Assembly: GCF_004765795.1 (NCBI RefSeq)
Contig: NZ_SBIV01000008.1
Span: 124,001 to 188,000, forward strand
Direction of reading: 5' to 3'
Length of the DNA: 64,000 bases
Source of the DNA: Halorussus marinus
GTDB taxonomy: Archaea > Halobacteriota > Halobacteria > Halobacteriales > Haladaptataceae
Made by a program: the position numbers and the translations under genes
Part shown: positions 20,813-30,271 of the stretch, in pieces
Numbering within the stretch: the stretch's first letter is position 1
Layout: each line of letters opens with the position of its first letter
The notes under the pieces: generated by a model
The model's input: only the letters and a program-made list of their open reading frames with translations
Told to the model about the DNA's origin: nothing
Databases searched by the model: none

Positions 20813-21550
20813 ATGCGAGTCACGTTTCTCGGAACCGGGAGTGCGATGCCGACGGGCGAGCGCTACCAGACCGGCCTCGTGGTCGAGGACGACGACCGCA
20901 CCCTCCTCGTGGACTGCGGGAGCGGGATCCTCCACCGCCTCCAGCAGTCGGGCGTCGGCTACGAGGCGATCTCGACGGTGCTTTTGACTCACCACCACCT
21001 CGATCACGTCGCGGACCTCCTGCCGCTGTTGAAAGCCCGGTGGCTCGCGGGCGAAGACCACCTCGAAGTCGTCGGCCCGGCGGGCACGAAAGACTTCGTC
21101 GACGACCTGCTCGGGGTCCACGACTACCTCGAGGGCCGGGTCGATCTGCAGGTCCGGGAGGTCGGCGAGCACGGCTTCGAGGCGGCGGGATTCGAGATCG
21201 AAGGGTTCGAGACCCGCCACTCGGTGCCGTGTCTGGCCTACCGCTTCGGCGACGCGGTCACCTTCGGCGCCGACAGCGAGGCGTTCGAGGGGCTGGCGAA
21301 CTTCGCCGACGGCTGTTCGGCGCTGGTCCACGACTGCTCGTTCCCCGACGACGTCGACGTCGACAACCACCCGACGCCGACCCAGCTCGGCCGGGCGCTC
21401 GCCGACTCGGAGACCCGGGTCGAGACGGTGTTTCTGACCCACCTCTACCCCCACACCGACGGTCGCCACGAGGAGATGCTCCAGTCGATCGAAGCCGCCT
21501 ACGACGGCGACGTGCGGTTCGCCGAGGACCTCCGGTCGATCGAGGTGTGA
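20813..21550 (+). CDS. MBL-fold metallohydrolase (RNase Z/ElaC-like)
   Basis: FLGTGSAMP, VDCGSG, THHHLDH, NHPT, LTHLYP. Confidence 0.85.
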   Translation: MRVTFLGTGSAMPTGERYQTGLVVEDDDRTLLVDCGSGILHRLQQSGVGYEAISTVLLTHHHLDHVADLLPLLKARWLAGEDHLEVVGPAGTKDFVDDLLGVHDYLEGRVDLQVREVGEHGFEAAGFEIEGFETRHSVPCLAYRFGDAVTFGADSEAFEGLANFADGCSALVHDCSFPDDVDVDNHPTPTQLGRALADSETRVETVFLTHLYPHTDGRHEEMLQSIEAAYDGDVRFAEDLRSIEV

Positions 21551-22618
21551 TCACTCCAGGCGGTAGCGCAACAGCGCCGCGATCCCGCCGAACCCCGAGA
21601 GCTGATCGCCGGGGGCGAACTCGCTGGAGAAGACGGTCACGTCCCCGCCCTTGCGCTCGACCGACGTGATGAGGTCGTTGACGTCGAGGTCCCACTCGCC
21701 CTCGCCGCCGCGCTCGGCCCGGAGTCGCTCGTCGAGGATCAGGAGGTGCTCGATCGCGCCGAAGTCGGCGGCCTTCTCGACCTGATCGATGCCGTACGCG
21801 ACCCTCGCGCCCTCGCCGATGCGCTTGGTGAGTTCGTCGATGAGTTCGGCCTCCTCGGCGATCCGGGTCTCCTGTTGGACCTCCTCGACCGCGCCGCGCT
21901 TGAGCACCTCGTGGACGCCCCGGTCGCCGACCGCGCTGGTGTCGACCGTCGAGATCTTCTCGGTGAGGTCGGGCGCGTTTTCCTCGATGTAGTCGTAGGC
22001 GTCCTGCTTGGTGAACCCCGGACCGGCGAGCACGATCGCGTCGACGTCCATCCGCGCGAGCGCGTCGGTGAGTTCGGCGAACAGCTCGTCGCGACCGCGG
22101 GCGTACTCGCCCTTGCCGGTCGTCCCCGAGAACTCCCCCTGCTCGTCGGCGCCGTACTGGGTGACGGCGTGGATGTGTGCCTTGCCCTCCTCGACGGTGG
22201 CGATGGCCACGTCGGGGTTGTCGGTGGCCGCCTCGGCCTCTTCGAGTCGGTCGAGCTGGTCGCGCTTCCAGCGTTTTTCGATCTCGATCTCTTTGGTCTC
22301 CTCGACGTTGAGGGTGTGGTGCTGGTCGAGCTGATCTTCCCGCGAGCAGTCGGCGATGGTGCCGCTCACCCGGAGCCGGTTGGCGAACTTGTGGAACTCC
22401 ACGTCGTCGACCTCGATGGTGACGTACATGTGCTCGCGCTCGCCGCCGGTGTCGCGCATCTGGTCGTCGTTGCGCTGGATGCGCCGGGTGGTGTCGCCCG
22501 ACACCCGGTCGCCGGGTTCGAGCACGTAGGTGAGATGCCAGAGGTCGTCGAGGCTCTCGGGGACGAGCGAGATGCGCTCGCCGCCGCCCTCGACGCGCTG
22601 GCGGCTCTGGATTCGCAT
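21551..22618 (-). CDS. pelA: mRNA surveillance protein pelota
   Basis: [39 protein letters not shown]. Confidence 0.96.
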   Translation of the reverse strand: MRIQSRQRVEGGGERISLVPESLDDLWHLTYVLEPGDRVSGDTTRRIQRNDDQMRDTGGEREHMYVTIEVDDVEFHKFANRLRVSGTIADCSREDQLDQHHTLNVEETKEIEIEKRWKRDQLDRLEEAEAATDNPDVAIATVEEGKAHIHAVTQYGADEQGEFSGTTGKGEYARGRDELFAELTDALARMDVDAIVLAGPGFTKQDAYDYIEENAPDLTEKISTVDTSAVGDRGVHEVLKRGAVEEVQQETRIAEEAELIDELTKRIGEGARVAYGIDQVEKAADFGAIEHLLILDERLRAERGGEGEWDLDVNDLITSVERKGGDVTVFSSEFAPGDQLSGFGGIAALLRYRLE

Positions 22619-22646
22619 GTGTCGACGTGGGCCGCCGGTCGATAAG

Positions 22647-23330
22647 TCACCTGCGGTCGACGCCGCCGGCCGCCCGCGCGCCCAGCCCCGCGAGGCGAGC
22701 GACCGCGACGAGCGCGTAGGCGCCGACCGCGAGCCCGACCAGCTCGCCGACCCGGCCCAAGCCGGCGAGCGCGAACCCCGCGGTACCGCCGACCGCGAGC
22801 AGAATTAGCGCGAACGTCCACGCCACGAAGTAGCCCCCGTCGGTCGCGCCGGTCCGGAGCGCGCTCGAATCCAGCGCACCGCGGAGCGACCGACGCTCGG
22901 CGGTCGCGGCGAGCGCCGCGGGCAACAGGTACGCGAGACCGGCCGAGACGAAGAGTAACGCCGTCCCCGCGCCGAAGACGAAGACGCTCGTCGCCGGCGT
23001 CTCGGGGCGCCCGGCGGCGGCCGCACCGTCGAGCGTGACCCCGAGGGCGAGGCCCGGAACGAGCAGGTAGCCGACCGCGACCGCCAGCGCGCGCGCGCCG
23101 TCGCGTGCCAGCGTCCGGAGGTCGGCGAACGCGGGCGGCTCGGCCGCGCCCTGGGCTGTCGTCCGGATCACGGCGAGCGCGTAGCCGGCGAGCAACACCA
23201 CCGCCGGGACCGCCAGCACCGCGAGCGCGCCGAGGCGAGCGAACAGTCCGGCGGCGACGGCGAGCGCCGCCCCGGCAAGCAGGGTCTCCTCGTCGGCCCG
23301 ACCGGGGTACGTGAGCGCCTCGCGGAACAC
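22647..23330 (-). CDS. DUF4013-like membrane protein
   Basis: ALTYP...GY..AVIR...EPPAF..L...LLPAAL pattern; hydrophobic; GTG start. Confidence 0.7.
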   Translation of the reverse strand: MFREALTYPGRADEETLLAGAALAVAAGLFARLGALAVLAVPAVVLLAGYALAVIRTTAQGAAEPPAFADLRTLARDGARALAVAVGYLLVPGLALGVTLDGAAAAGRPETPATSVFVFGAGTALLFVSAGLAYLLPAALAATAERRSLRGALDSSALRTGATDGGYFVAWTFALILLAVGGTAGFALAGLGRVGELVGLAVGAYALVAVARLAGLGARAAGGVDRR

Positions 23331-23382
23331 GGTCGAGCATTCGGACGCGGGAAGATAGGTCTGACTACTCGGGGTCGTCGGA

Positions 23383-24138
23383 CTACGCGACTGTCCGGCG
23401 ATCCCCGGCGGCCTCGCGACCGCCGGCCCGGGTCGCCTCGCGGTAGCCCTGTCCGTAGAGCGAGACGGCGACGGCGGTGAAGTAGAAGATCGCGAACGGG
23501 GCGAGCGCCCACCCGAGGAACGGGATCGACGCCAGCGCGCCGACGACGGCGCCGTCGACGACGAGCACGGCGAGCGCGAGCAGCCAGCCGGTCGCGTACG
23601 GGGCGGTCGCGACGACGCTCGCGAGCTCGCGGAGCTCGAACGCCGCGCCGAACCGCCCCTCGACCGCCAGCCGGGCGAGCGCGGCGGGCAGGACGTACCA
23701 CGCCACCAGTCCCGTGACGCCGGCGAGCGCGAGGCCGCCGAAGACGACCGCGACTCCGAGGAGCCCGGGATCGGCCGAGGCCACCGGCTCGACGACCGCC
23801 CGGGGATCGGTCGCGACGCCGGCGTCTGTCACCACGGTCGTCTCGACCGTGAACGCGAGCAGGCTCGCCAAGACCGCACCCAGCAGGACGACCGGGAGCG
23901 CGGCGTACGCCACCACGACGCCGATCGCTCGCAGTCCCTCGCCGAACAGGCCGCCCCAGTCGCCGAACGACGGGGCGGGCTCGCCCGCGTTCGTGGCGGC
24001 GAGCGCGCGCTGGAAGTAGCCCGCGACGACGATCGCCGGGATCAGGAGCCACGCGAGCAGCGTGAGGATACTCCCGGTCAGGGTGGTTTCGACGCCGTCG
24101 TCGCTCTCTACGAGATACGTGAGTGCTGTTTCGAACAT
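23383..24138 (-). CDS. DUF4013-like membrane protein (paralogue)
   Basis: ATG 24138; MFETALTYL...AGYFQRAL...PSFGDWGGLF.EG...YVLPAALAR...AF. Confidence 0.75.
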   Translation of the reverse strand: MFETALTYLVESDDGVETTLTGSILTLLAWLLIPAIVVAGYFQRALAATNAGEPAPSFGDWGGLFGEGLRAIGVVVAYAALPVVLLGAVLASLLAFTVETTVVTDAGVATDPRAVVEPVASADPGLLGVAVVFGGLALAGVTGLVAWYVLPAALARLAVEGRFGAAFELRELASVVATAPYATGWLLALAVLVVDGAVVGALASIPFLGWALAPFAIFYFTAVAVSLYGQGYREATRAGGREAAGDRRTVA

Positions 24139-24234
24139 CGTGGGCTCCGGATCGAGAGAAACGGCTCGATTGACGTACAGACACACGCGACGGGCTTAAC
24201 CGTTGTGTGGCGGGGTCGGGCGAGCCGACCGGAC

Positions 24235-26331
24235 TCAGTCGTCTTTCGTCCGGCTTCCGCCGGGGGGCAGGAACTCCTGTATCAGGTCCGGGCTCGCGAC
24301 CTTCCGCACGAACGAGGTGTCCTCGAAGCGCTCGCGGAACGTCCGGTAGATGCGCTTGCCGACGTCGTTCTGGGCGTACCGGCCGGGTTCGACCTCGACG
24401 TGGGTCTCGACTCGCGGGACGATCGCCTCGGGCGGCCCGCCGAGCACCCGAGTGTGGGGCTCGCAGGCGATCCCGACCGCGACCCCGACCGCCACGTCCC
24501 GGAAGTATGTGCGGTCCCCGCGGATCGCGAACCCGCCTTTTTCGAGGTACTCGCCGCTCTCGGGGGTCTTGCTCACCTGATCCGGGGTCACCATGTAGGC
24601 GTCCCCGGAGAACCGAGCGTCCTTCCAGACCGACGAGTACGAGACCGCGAACTGGGCGGCCTCCCGCTTGCTCGCGTCGGGCACGTCCACGTCCCGGGAG
24701 GGCTCGCTCGGGTCGGAGGTCTTCAGGATCGTCACCGGGCCGCCGTGGGCCTGCGCGTGGAAGAACAGGTCGTTGCCGTCCATGTACTTCTGGACGAGCT
24801 CCTCGTTCTGGTCGGCGTTCCGGCCGCCGATCACGAGGAAGTCGTCGCTCGTGCGGAACCACCGGAAGCGCTCGTACCACTGCTCCTGTTTGCGGATCGG
24901 GATCGAGGGCCGCGAGAGCCAGTCGACGTCCTCGCGGTCGCCCTCGTCGTCGGGCTCGTCGTCGGGGTCGGCCTCCCACTCGTCCCTGCGGCGCTTTGCC
25001 GCGGCCAGATCCTCGCGGGTGTCTTCGATCGCGGCCTTCGCGCCCTCCTTTTTGTCTTCGATGCGCTTTGCCTCCTTGTAGAGCCGGTCGGCGTTCTTCT
25101 CGACGCCCATCGAGGCGTCGAGGGGCACCTCGACGCCGTCGAGTTCGACCGTGACGACCCCCGACTCGGGGTCGACGCGCCGGACGGCCTCGGCGGCCTC
25201 GATCCCCTTCTGGGCGCCTTCCTCGAACCGGGCTTCGATCTCCGCCCACGAGGTCCCCTCCTCGAGGGCGTTCCGGACCGTGGTGAGGATGTCGTCGGCC
25301 AGCCCGTAGTGACCGTAGAGGCGCTCTGCGCGCTCGCGCTCGGCGTCGGCCTGCTCGTCGAACCCCTCGATCGCCTGCTCTTGCTGTTCGATGATCCGGC
25401 GGTGTTTCTCGATCTCGGCCTCGAAGTCGGGGCGCTGGTCGCCGGGGTCGGCGTCGCCGGGCTCGTCGGGTTCGAGGTTGTGGTAGTAGAAGTCGACCGC
25501 CTCGTTGAAGGTGTCGAACGCCTCCGATTCGAGGTCGTCGTACTCCGCGAGCGGGAGCGGCGTCACGTCCACCGGCCGGCCGTCCTCCCGATAGACGCGG
25601 GGGTCGAACTGGGCCTCTCGCACGGGGTCGGCCAGCCGCTCGATGGCGTCGAAGATCGCCTCGTAGTCGGTCTCGTCGGCGTCGGCGATGTCGATTCCCT
25701 TCTCGACCCCGGCGCGCGTACACACCTCCTCGGCGTAGAGTCCGCCGAAGTTGAGCTGGGTCGCCAGCGTCCGCACGATGTCGGTGTCCGACTCCTCCAT
25801 GTAGGCGACGAACGTCTCGTAGTCGACGTCCAGCGGATCGATGCGCTCGTCGGGGAACTCGTACTGGCTCCCGGGCGCGACCGTCCGGGACTTGAGCCGG
25901 ACGGTGTCGAGGCTGTCGACGACCTCGCGGCTCTCGTCGAGGACCGCGAGGTTGCCCTGACCGAACAGCTCGGCGACGATGGTCGTGTCCTCGTCGTCAC
26001 GCTCGAAGTGAAACTCCAGAATCCGGTCGAAGCCGTACTGCTCGACGCCCGCGAAGTCCGCGCCCGACAGCCGGTTGCGAAGCATCATGGCGAAGTTCGG
26101 CGGCCGGCCCGGCGCGTCGGGTACGTTCTCGGGCGCGGAAACGTGGGCGCGCTTGTTCTCGCCGACCTCCACGATGAGCTCGACCCGTCCGCGGTCGAAA
26201 TCCCGCATCTTGAGTCGCAAGAGGTCGTCGCCGTAGAGGTACGCCTTGTCGAGCTTCGCACCCTCGTAGGCCCCGAGCTCCGCGACCACGGCCGCGAGGT
26301 CGATGCTCGACAGTTCCCGCTTGCTGTCCAT
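24235..26331 (-). CDS. rqcH: ribosome rescue protein RqcH (Rqc2/NEMF/NFACT family)
   Basis: FAMMLRNRL, FDRIL, ELFGQGN, coiled coil, WYERFRWF, GGRNADQNE, YLEKGGFAIRG. Confidence 0.94.
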   Translation of the reverse strand: MDSKRELSSIDLAAVVAELGAYEGAKLDKAYLYGDDLLRLKMRDFDRGRVELIVEVGENKRAHVSAPENVPDAPGRPPNFAMMLRNRLSGADFAGVEQYGFDRILEFHFERDDEDTTIVAELFGQGNLAVLDESREVVDSLDTVRLKSRTVAPGSQYEFPDERIDPLDVDYETFVAYMEESDTDIVRTLATQLNFGGLYAEEVCTRAGVEKGIDIADADETDYEAIFDAIERLADPVREAQFDPRVYREDGRPVDVTPLPLAEYDDLESEAFDTFNEAVDFYYHNLEPDEPGDADPGDQRPDFEAEIEKHRRIIEQQEQAIEGFDEQADAERERAERLYGHYGLADDILTTVRNALEEGTSWAEIEARFEEGAQKGIEAAEAVRRVDPESGVVTVELDGVEVPLDASMGVEKNADRLYKEAKRIEDKKEGAKAAIEDTREDLAAAKRRRDEWEADPDDEPDDEGDREDVDWLSRPSIPIRKQEQWYERFRWFRTSDDFLVIGGRNADQNEELVQKYMDGNDLFFHAQAHGGPVTILKTSDPSEPSRDVDVPDASKREAAQFAVSYSSVWKDARFSGDAYMVTPDQVSKTPESGEYLEKGGFAIRGDRTYFRDVAVGVAVGIACEPHTRVLGGPPEAIVPRVETHVEVEPGRYAQNDVGKRIYRTFRERFEDTSFVRKVASPDLIQEFLPPGGSRTKDD

Positions 26332-26433
26332 GCCTACCCGTTTTCCGTTGCGGGGGAAAGGCCTATCGTTACGTCGGGTCGTCGCCCCCGGAGTCGGGCG
26401 CGACGGCGCCCGTTCGACCCACTCGACGGCCCC

Positions 26434-26835
26434 TCACAGGGCCAGCGCCACGAGCCGTCGGGCTCCGGCGCCGACCGCGAACCCCACGAGCCCGAGCGGC
26501 ACCGCGAACGTCGCGGCGCTCGCGACCCCCCACAGGACCGACTCGCTCGGGGAAACAAGCTCGAACAGCGTCAGCGGGACGTAGAACCCGAGGGCCGGTC
26601 CCGCCGCGAGCGCGACGCTGACCAGCGCCCCGTCGTTGAGATACGCCCCGGCGACGGGCAGAACCGTCGCGAGCCCGAACAGGACCGCCAGATTCGGCCG
26701 GACCGCGAGGTCGACCCCCAGAACCGACGGCGGGGTGTGGAAGACGAAGACGGCGACGAACACCGCGACGGCGACCGTCAGCAGTCGCTCGGTGGTCGCC
26801 CGGTCGCGGCCCACCACCAGTCCCGAGTACTCCAT
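26434..26835 (-). CDS. hypothetical membrane protein (about 4 TM)
   Basis: ATG 26835 (MEYSGLVVGRD...); hydrophobic, AYLNDGALVS motif. Confidence 0.65.
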   Translation of the reverse strand: MEYSGLVVGRDRATTERLLTVAVAVFVAVFVFHTPPSVLGVDLAVRPNLAVLFGLATVLPVAGAYLNDGALVSVALAAGPALGFYVPLTLFELVSPSESVLWGVASAATFAVPLGLVGFAVGAGARRLVALAL

Positions 26836-26897
26836 ACGGTCCGAACGGGCGTCGAGGCCAAAACGCTTCGGCCCCGGCCGGCTCCGGGACCGGGCGT

Positions 26898-27767
26898 TCA
26901 GAGTTCGATGTCCATCCCGTCGCGGCCGAACTCGACGCTGAGATCGGCGTGCTCGGTCGCCAGTCGGGCGTACTCGTCGGGGCGGCGCCGGTAGATCTCC
27001 TCGATTTCGGTGAGGACGGTGCGGTCGGGGTCGACGGTCCGGACCTGTTCGAGCGTCTGGTCGAAGGTGGTCTGGTGGTCGCGCTCGTCGGCCCACAGGT
27101 CGTCGCTCAGGATGGGGTCGCCGTCGGGCGTCTCGCGGAACATGCCACACTCTTTGACCCACAGGTCGAGGTCCTCGGGCACCTTCTCGAGGTCCAGAAA
27201 CGTCGTCTCGTCGGGGGAGACGAGCGCCGAGTCGTCGCTCTCCTCGAACAGATACCCCATCGCGGCGTCCGCCGGACCGCCGGGGTCGAGGGGCGCGCCG
27301 AGCCCCGTCACTTCGACGCCATCTCCGAGCGCCATCGTCTCGCCGTCGGCCAGAAACTCGAACTCGGCGTAGCCCCGATCGTCGTACTGGGCCTCGATAT
27401 CGAGCGAGTCGGCGATGCGGTCGTAGGTGGTCTCGCTCATCACGACGGTGGCGGGGTCCTCGTTGTCCCAGTCGTCGAGGGGGTACTGCGGGCGACCAAT
27501 CGCCTGGACGACGCGCAGGCCCCCGACGTGGTCCATGTGGTGATGCGAGAGGAAGATGTACGCCACGTCGCGCACGTCCTCGCGGTTGAGCATCGCCCAG
27601 ACGGACTCGGGGGCGTCCACTACGGCGTCGGCCTCGTGGACGAACGTGGCGTTGCCGTATCTCGCGTGGGGAAGGCCCTCCTCGCGGGCGGGGTCACAGA
27701 CGCGACACTCGCAGGTCGGCATCGGGGTCTGGGAGTCGCCGCCCGAGCCGAGCAGGGTGAGACGCAT
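26898..27767 (-). CDS. MBL-fold metallohydrolase, PhnP-like
   Basis: ATG 27767; LGSGG..TPMPTCECRVC (Cys3 Zn site), SHHHMDH. Confidence 0.82.
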   Translation of the reverse strand: MRLTLLGSGGDSQTPMPTCECRVCDPAREEGLPHARYGNATFVHEADAVVDAPESVWAMLNREDVRDVAYIFLSHHHMDHVGGLRVVQAIGRPQYPLDDWDNEDPATVVMSETTYDRIADSLDIEAQYDDRGYAEFEFLADGETMALGDGVEVTGLGAPLDPGGPADAAMGYLFEESDDSALVSPDETTFLDLEKVPEDLDLWVKECGMFRETPDGDPILSDDLWADERDHQTTFDQTLEQVRTVDPDRTVLTEIEEIYRRRPDEYARLATEHADLSVEFGRDGMDIEL

Positions 27768-27898
27768 GGAACCGGTAGCCGACCCGCGGTAAAGAACTCG
27801 GTGGCCGGACCGACCGCCCCGAGAGCCGACCCGTCGGACGCTGGGTGGTCGTTCCTTCCAAGGAAATGCTTTTGACGCTGACCGGCGGAGAGAGTCCA

Positions 27899-30007
27899 AT
27901 GACTCCCGGTCGAATCAGCCCCGAGGCGGTACTCGCCGCGAGCGAGCGCGCGGGAATCCGCGACGAGCCGGTGACCGCAAGCGAGGTCGCCGCGGAGGTG
28001 GGATGTACTCGCCGGACCGCGCTGAGCAAACTCGATACGCTGGCCGACCGGGGGACGATCCGAACCAAGAAGGTGGGCGCCCGGAGCCGCGTCTGGTGGC
28101 TCCCCGACGACGGCGACGCGCCGCCCGAGCCCGCGACGGCCGGCCTCGACGGCGTCCCGCCGGACGGCGGCGAGTCCGACCGCCTCGAGAGCGAGTTCCG
28201 CGAGATGTTCGAGCGAATCTCCGACGCGTTCTACGCGCTCGACGACGACTGGCAGTTCACGTACGTCAACGACCGCGCCGAGGAACTCATCGACTACCGC
28301 GACGCGGGTCTCGTCGGGCAGGACTTCTGGGAGGTGTTCGAGTGGGCGACCGACTCGACGCTCGGCGAGGAGTACCGGACCGCGATGGAGACCCAGGAGC
28401 CGACCGCCTTCGAGTTCTACTACCCGGAACCGCTCGAAGCGTGGTACGAGGTCTCGGCATACCCCTCCGAGACCGGGCTGTCGGTCTACTTTCGGGACAT
28501 CACCGACCGCAAGCGACGCGAGCGCGAGATCGAGGAGTACCGCTCGCAGTACGAGACGCTGGTCGAGAACTTCCCGAACGGCGCCGTCGCGCTGGTGGAC
28601 CCGGACCTCCGGTACGAGGTCTTTGGCGGTTCGCCCGAGAGCACCGAGGAGCTGACCCGGACGGACCTCGAAGGCAAAGGCGTCCGGGAATCACTGCCCG
28701 AAGAGCTCGCGGACGTCGTCGTCCCGGGCTACGAGGCGGCGCTCGACGGCGAGTCCTCGGAGTTCGAGGCCGCGGTCGGCGACCGATCCTACCGGTTTCA
28801 CTTCCTCCCGGTCCGGGACGACGCCGGCGACGTCTTCGCGGCACTGGGGATGTCGCAGGACGTAACCGAACGCAAGGAGCGCGAGCGGCGGCTCCAGCGG
28901 TATCAGGAGTACATCGACGCCGTCCTCGACGCGATCGACGACGTGTTCTACATCCTCGACGAGTCCGGACAGTTCCGACAGTGGAACGACAGCGTGCCCG
29001 CGGTGACGGGCTACCGCGACGAGGAGATCGCCTCGATGTCCCCGCTCGAGTTCTTCGACGAGTCGGATCGGGCGCGGGTCGCGGCGGCGATCCGGGAGGG
29101 GTTCGAGAACGGGAGCGTACAGATCGAGGCCGAGACCGTGACCAAGACCGGCGATCGAGTCCCCTTCGAGTTCGTCGCCTCGGCGCTCGACAGCCCGTCG
29201 GGCGACCGCGTTCTGGCGGGCGTCGGACGCGACATCACCGAGCAGGTCGAGCGCGAGCGAAAGCTTGAAGCGGCGGTCGACGAACTCGAAGCCTCGAACG
29301 AGCGCCTCGAGAGCTTCGCGAGCATGCTCGCACACGAGCTCCGCAACCCCGTCACGATCGGCCAGATCTACACCCGCCAGCTCCCCGACGAAACCGACTC
29401 GACGGCGGTCGAGTACGTCACCGAGGCGTTCGACCGTATCGAAGACATGATCGACGTGATGTTGGTGTTGACCCGCGGCACCGAAGCGGTCGGCGAGCGA
29501 GTGCCGGTCGATCTCGCGGCGGTCGCTCGTTCCGTGTGGGACGAGCTTTCGGTCCCGGACGCGACGCTCACAGTCGCGGTCGACCGCACGATTCGGGCGG
29601 ACGAGACGTACGTCCGCCACCTGTTCCGGAACCTCTTCGAGAACGCCGTCGAGCACGGCTCGACGAGCAATCGTCCGGAGGACGATGACGCCGTGGAACA
29701 CTGTTCGACGGGGGATCAGCCGTCTGCCGCCGAGCGCGACGGCCGCGGTGTGGCGGTGACGGTCGGCGACCTGCAGACCGGGTTCTACGTCGCCGACGAC
29801 GGCGCCGGGATTCCGCCCGACGAGCGCGACGCGGTGTTCGAGGCCGGCTACACGACCGCGGCCGACGGGGGCGGAACCGGCCTCGGGCTGGCGTTCGTTC
29901 AGGAGCTCGCCGACGTCTACGGCTGGGAGTGTACCGCGACCGAGAGCGACGCCGGCGGTGCGCGATTCGAGTTCCGAGACGTCGAGCGCGACCCGCCGTG
30001 TCTCTGA
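27899..30007 (+). CDS. cytoplasmic sensor histidine kinase: N-terminal HTH, 3 PAS domains, HisKA/HATPase
   Basis: TASEVAAEVGCTRRTAL...KKVGARSRVWW; PAS ends RDITDRK, QDVTERK, RDITEQ; AHELRNP, NLFENAVEH, DDGAGIP, GTGLGL. Confidence 0.92.
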   Translation: MTPGRISPEAVLAASERAGIRDEPVTASEVAAEVGCTRRTALSKLDTLADRGTIRTKKVGARSRVWWLPDDGDAPPEPATAGLDGVPPDGGESDRLESEFREMFERISDAFYALDDDWQFTYVNDRAEELIDYRDAGLVGQDFWEVFEWATDSTLGEEYRTAMETQEPTAFEFYYPEPLEAWYEVSAYPSETGLSVYFRDITDRKRREREIEEYRSQYETLVENFPNGAVALVDPDLRYEVFGGSPESTEELTRTDLEGKGVRESLPEELADVVVPGYEAALDGESSEFEAAVGDRSYRFHFLPVRDDAGDVFAALGMSQDVTERKERERRLQRYQEYIDAVLDAIDDVFYILDESGQFRQWNDSVPAVTGYRDEEIASMSPLEFFDESDRARVAAAIREGFENGSVQIEAETVTKTGDRVPFEFVASALDSPSGDRVLAGVGRDITEQVERERKLEAAVDELEASNERLESFASMLAHELRNPVTIGQIYTRQLPDETDSTAVEYVTEAFDRIEDMIDVMLVLTRGTEAVGERVPVDLAAVARSVWDELSVPDATLTVAVDRTIRADETYVRHLFRNLFENAVEHGSTSNRPEDDDAVEHCSTGDQPSAAERDGRGVAVTVGDLQTGFYVADDGAGIPPDERDAVFEAGYTTAADGGGTGLGLAFVQELADVYGWECTATESDAGGARFEFRDVERDPPCL

Positions 30008-30029
30008 GCTCGCCCGTCAACAGCCCTCG

Positions 30030-30271
30030 CGCGACTTCCGGTCGCGCTCTCGCTTGCAAAACGTCGACGAAAAGCCCTCAGAGTCGCTTCGAAACGTACG
30101 GCCCGTCCTGATGGTACCCTAATTTCTCGCGATAGCACTCGACCTTTTCCGGCGCTCGATCGCGACTTCCGGTCGCGCTCTCGCTTGCAAAACGTCGACG
30201 AAAAGCCCTCAGAGTCGCTTCGAAACGTACGGCCCGTCCTGATGGTACCCTAATTTCTCGCGATAGTACTC
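30030..30271. repeat. direct repeat: 30030-30140 and 30161-30271 (111 bp, 1 mismatch, 20-bp spacer), duplicating the elp3 3' end and terminator
   Basis: Manual alignment, offset 131 bp; identical over 106 bp, then one C/T mismatch (30136/30267) and 4 more matches. Confidence 0.95.

Noticed and set aside
30030..30271. Diversity-generating retroelement TR/VR pair
   Set aside because: Only one mismatch, with the A in the gene copy rather than the non-coding copy. No reverse transcriptase is nearby, and elp3 is a conserved housekeeping gene.
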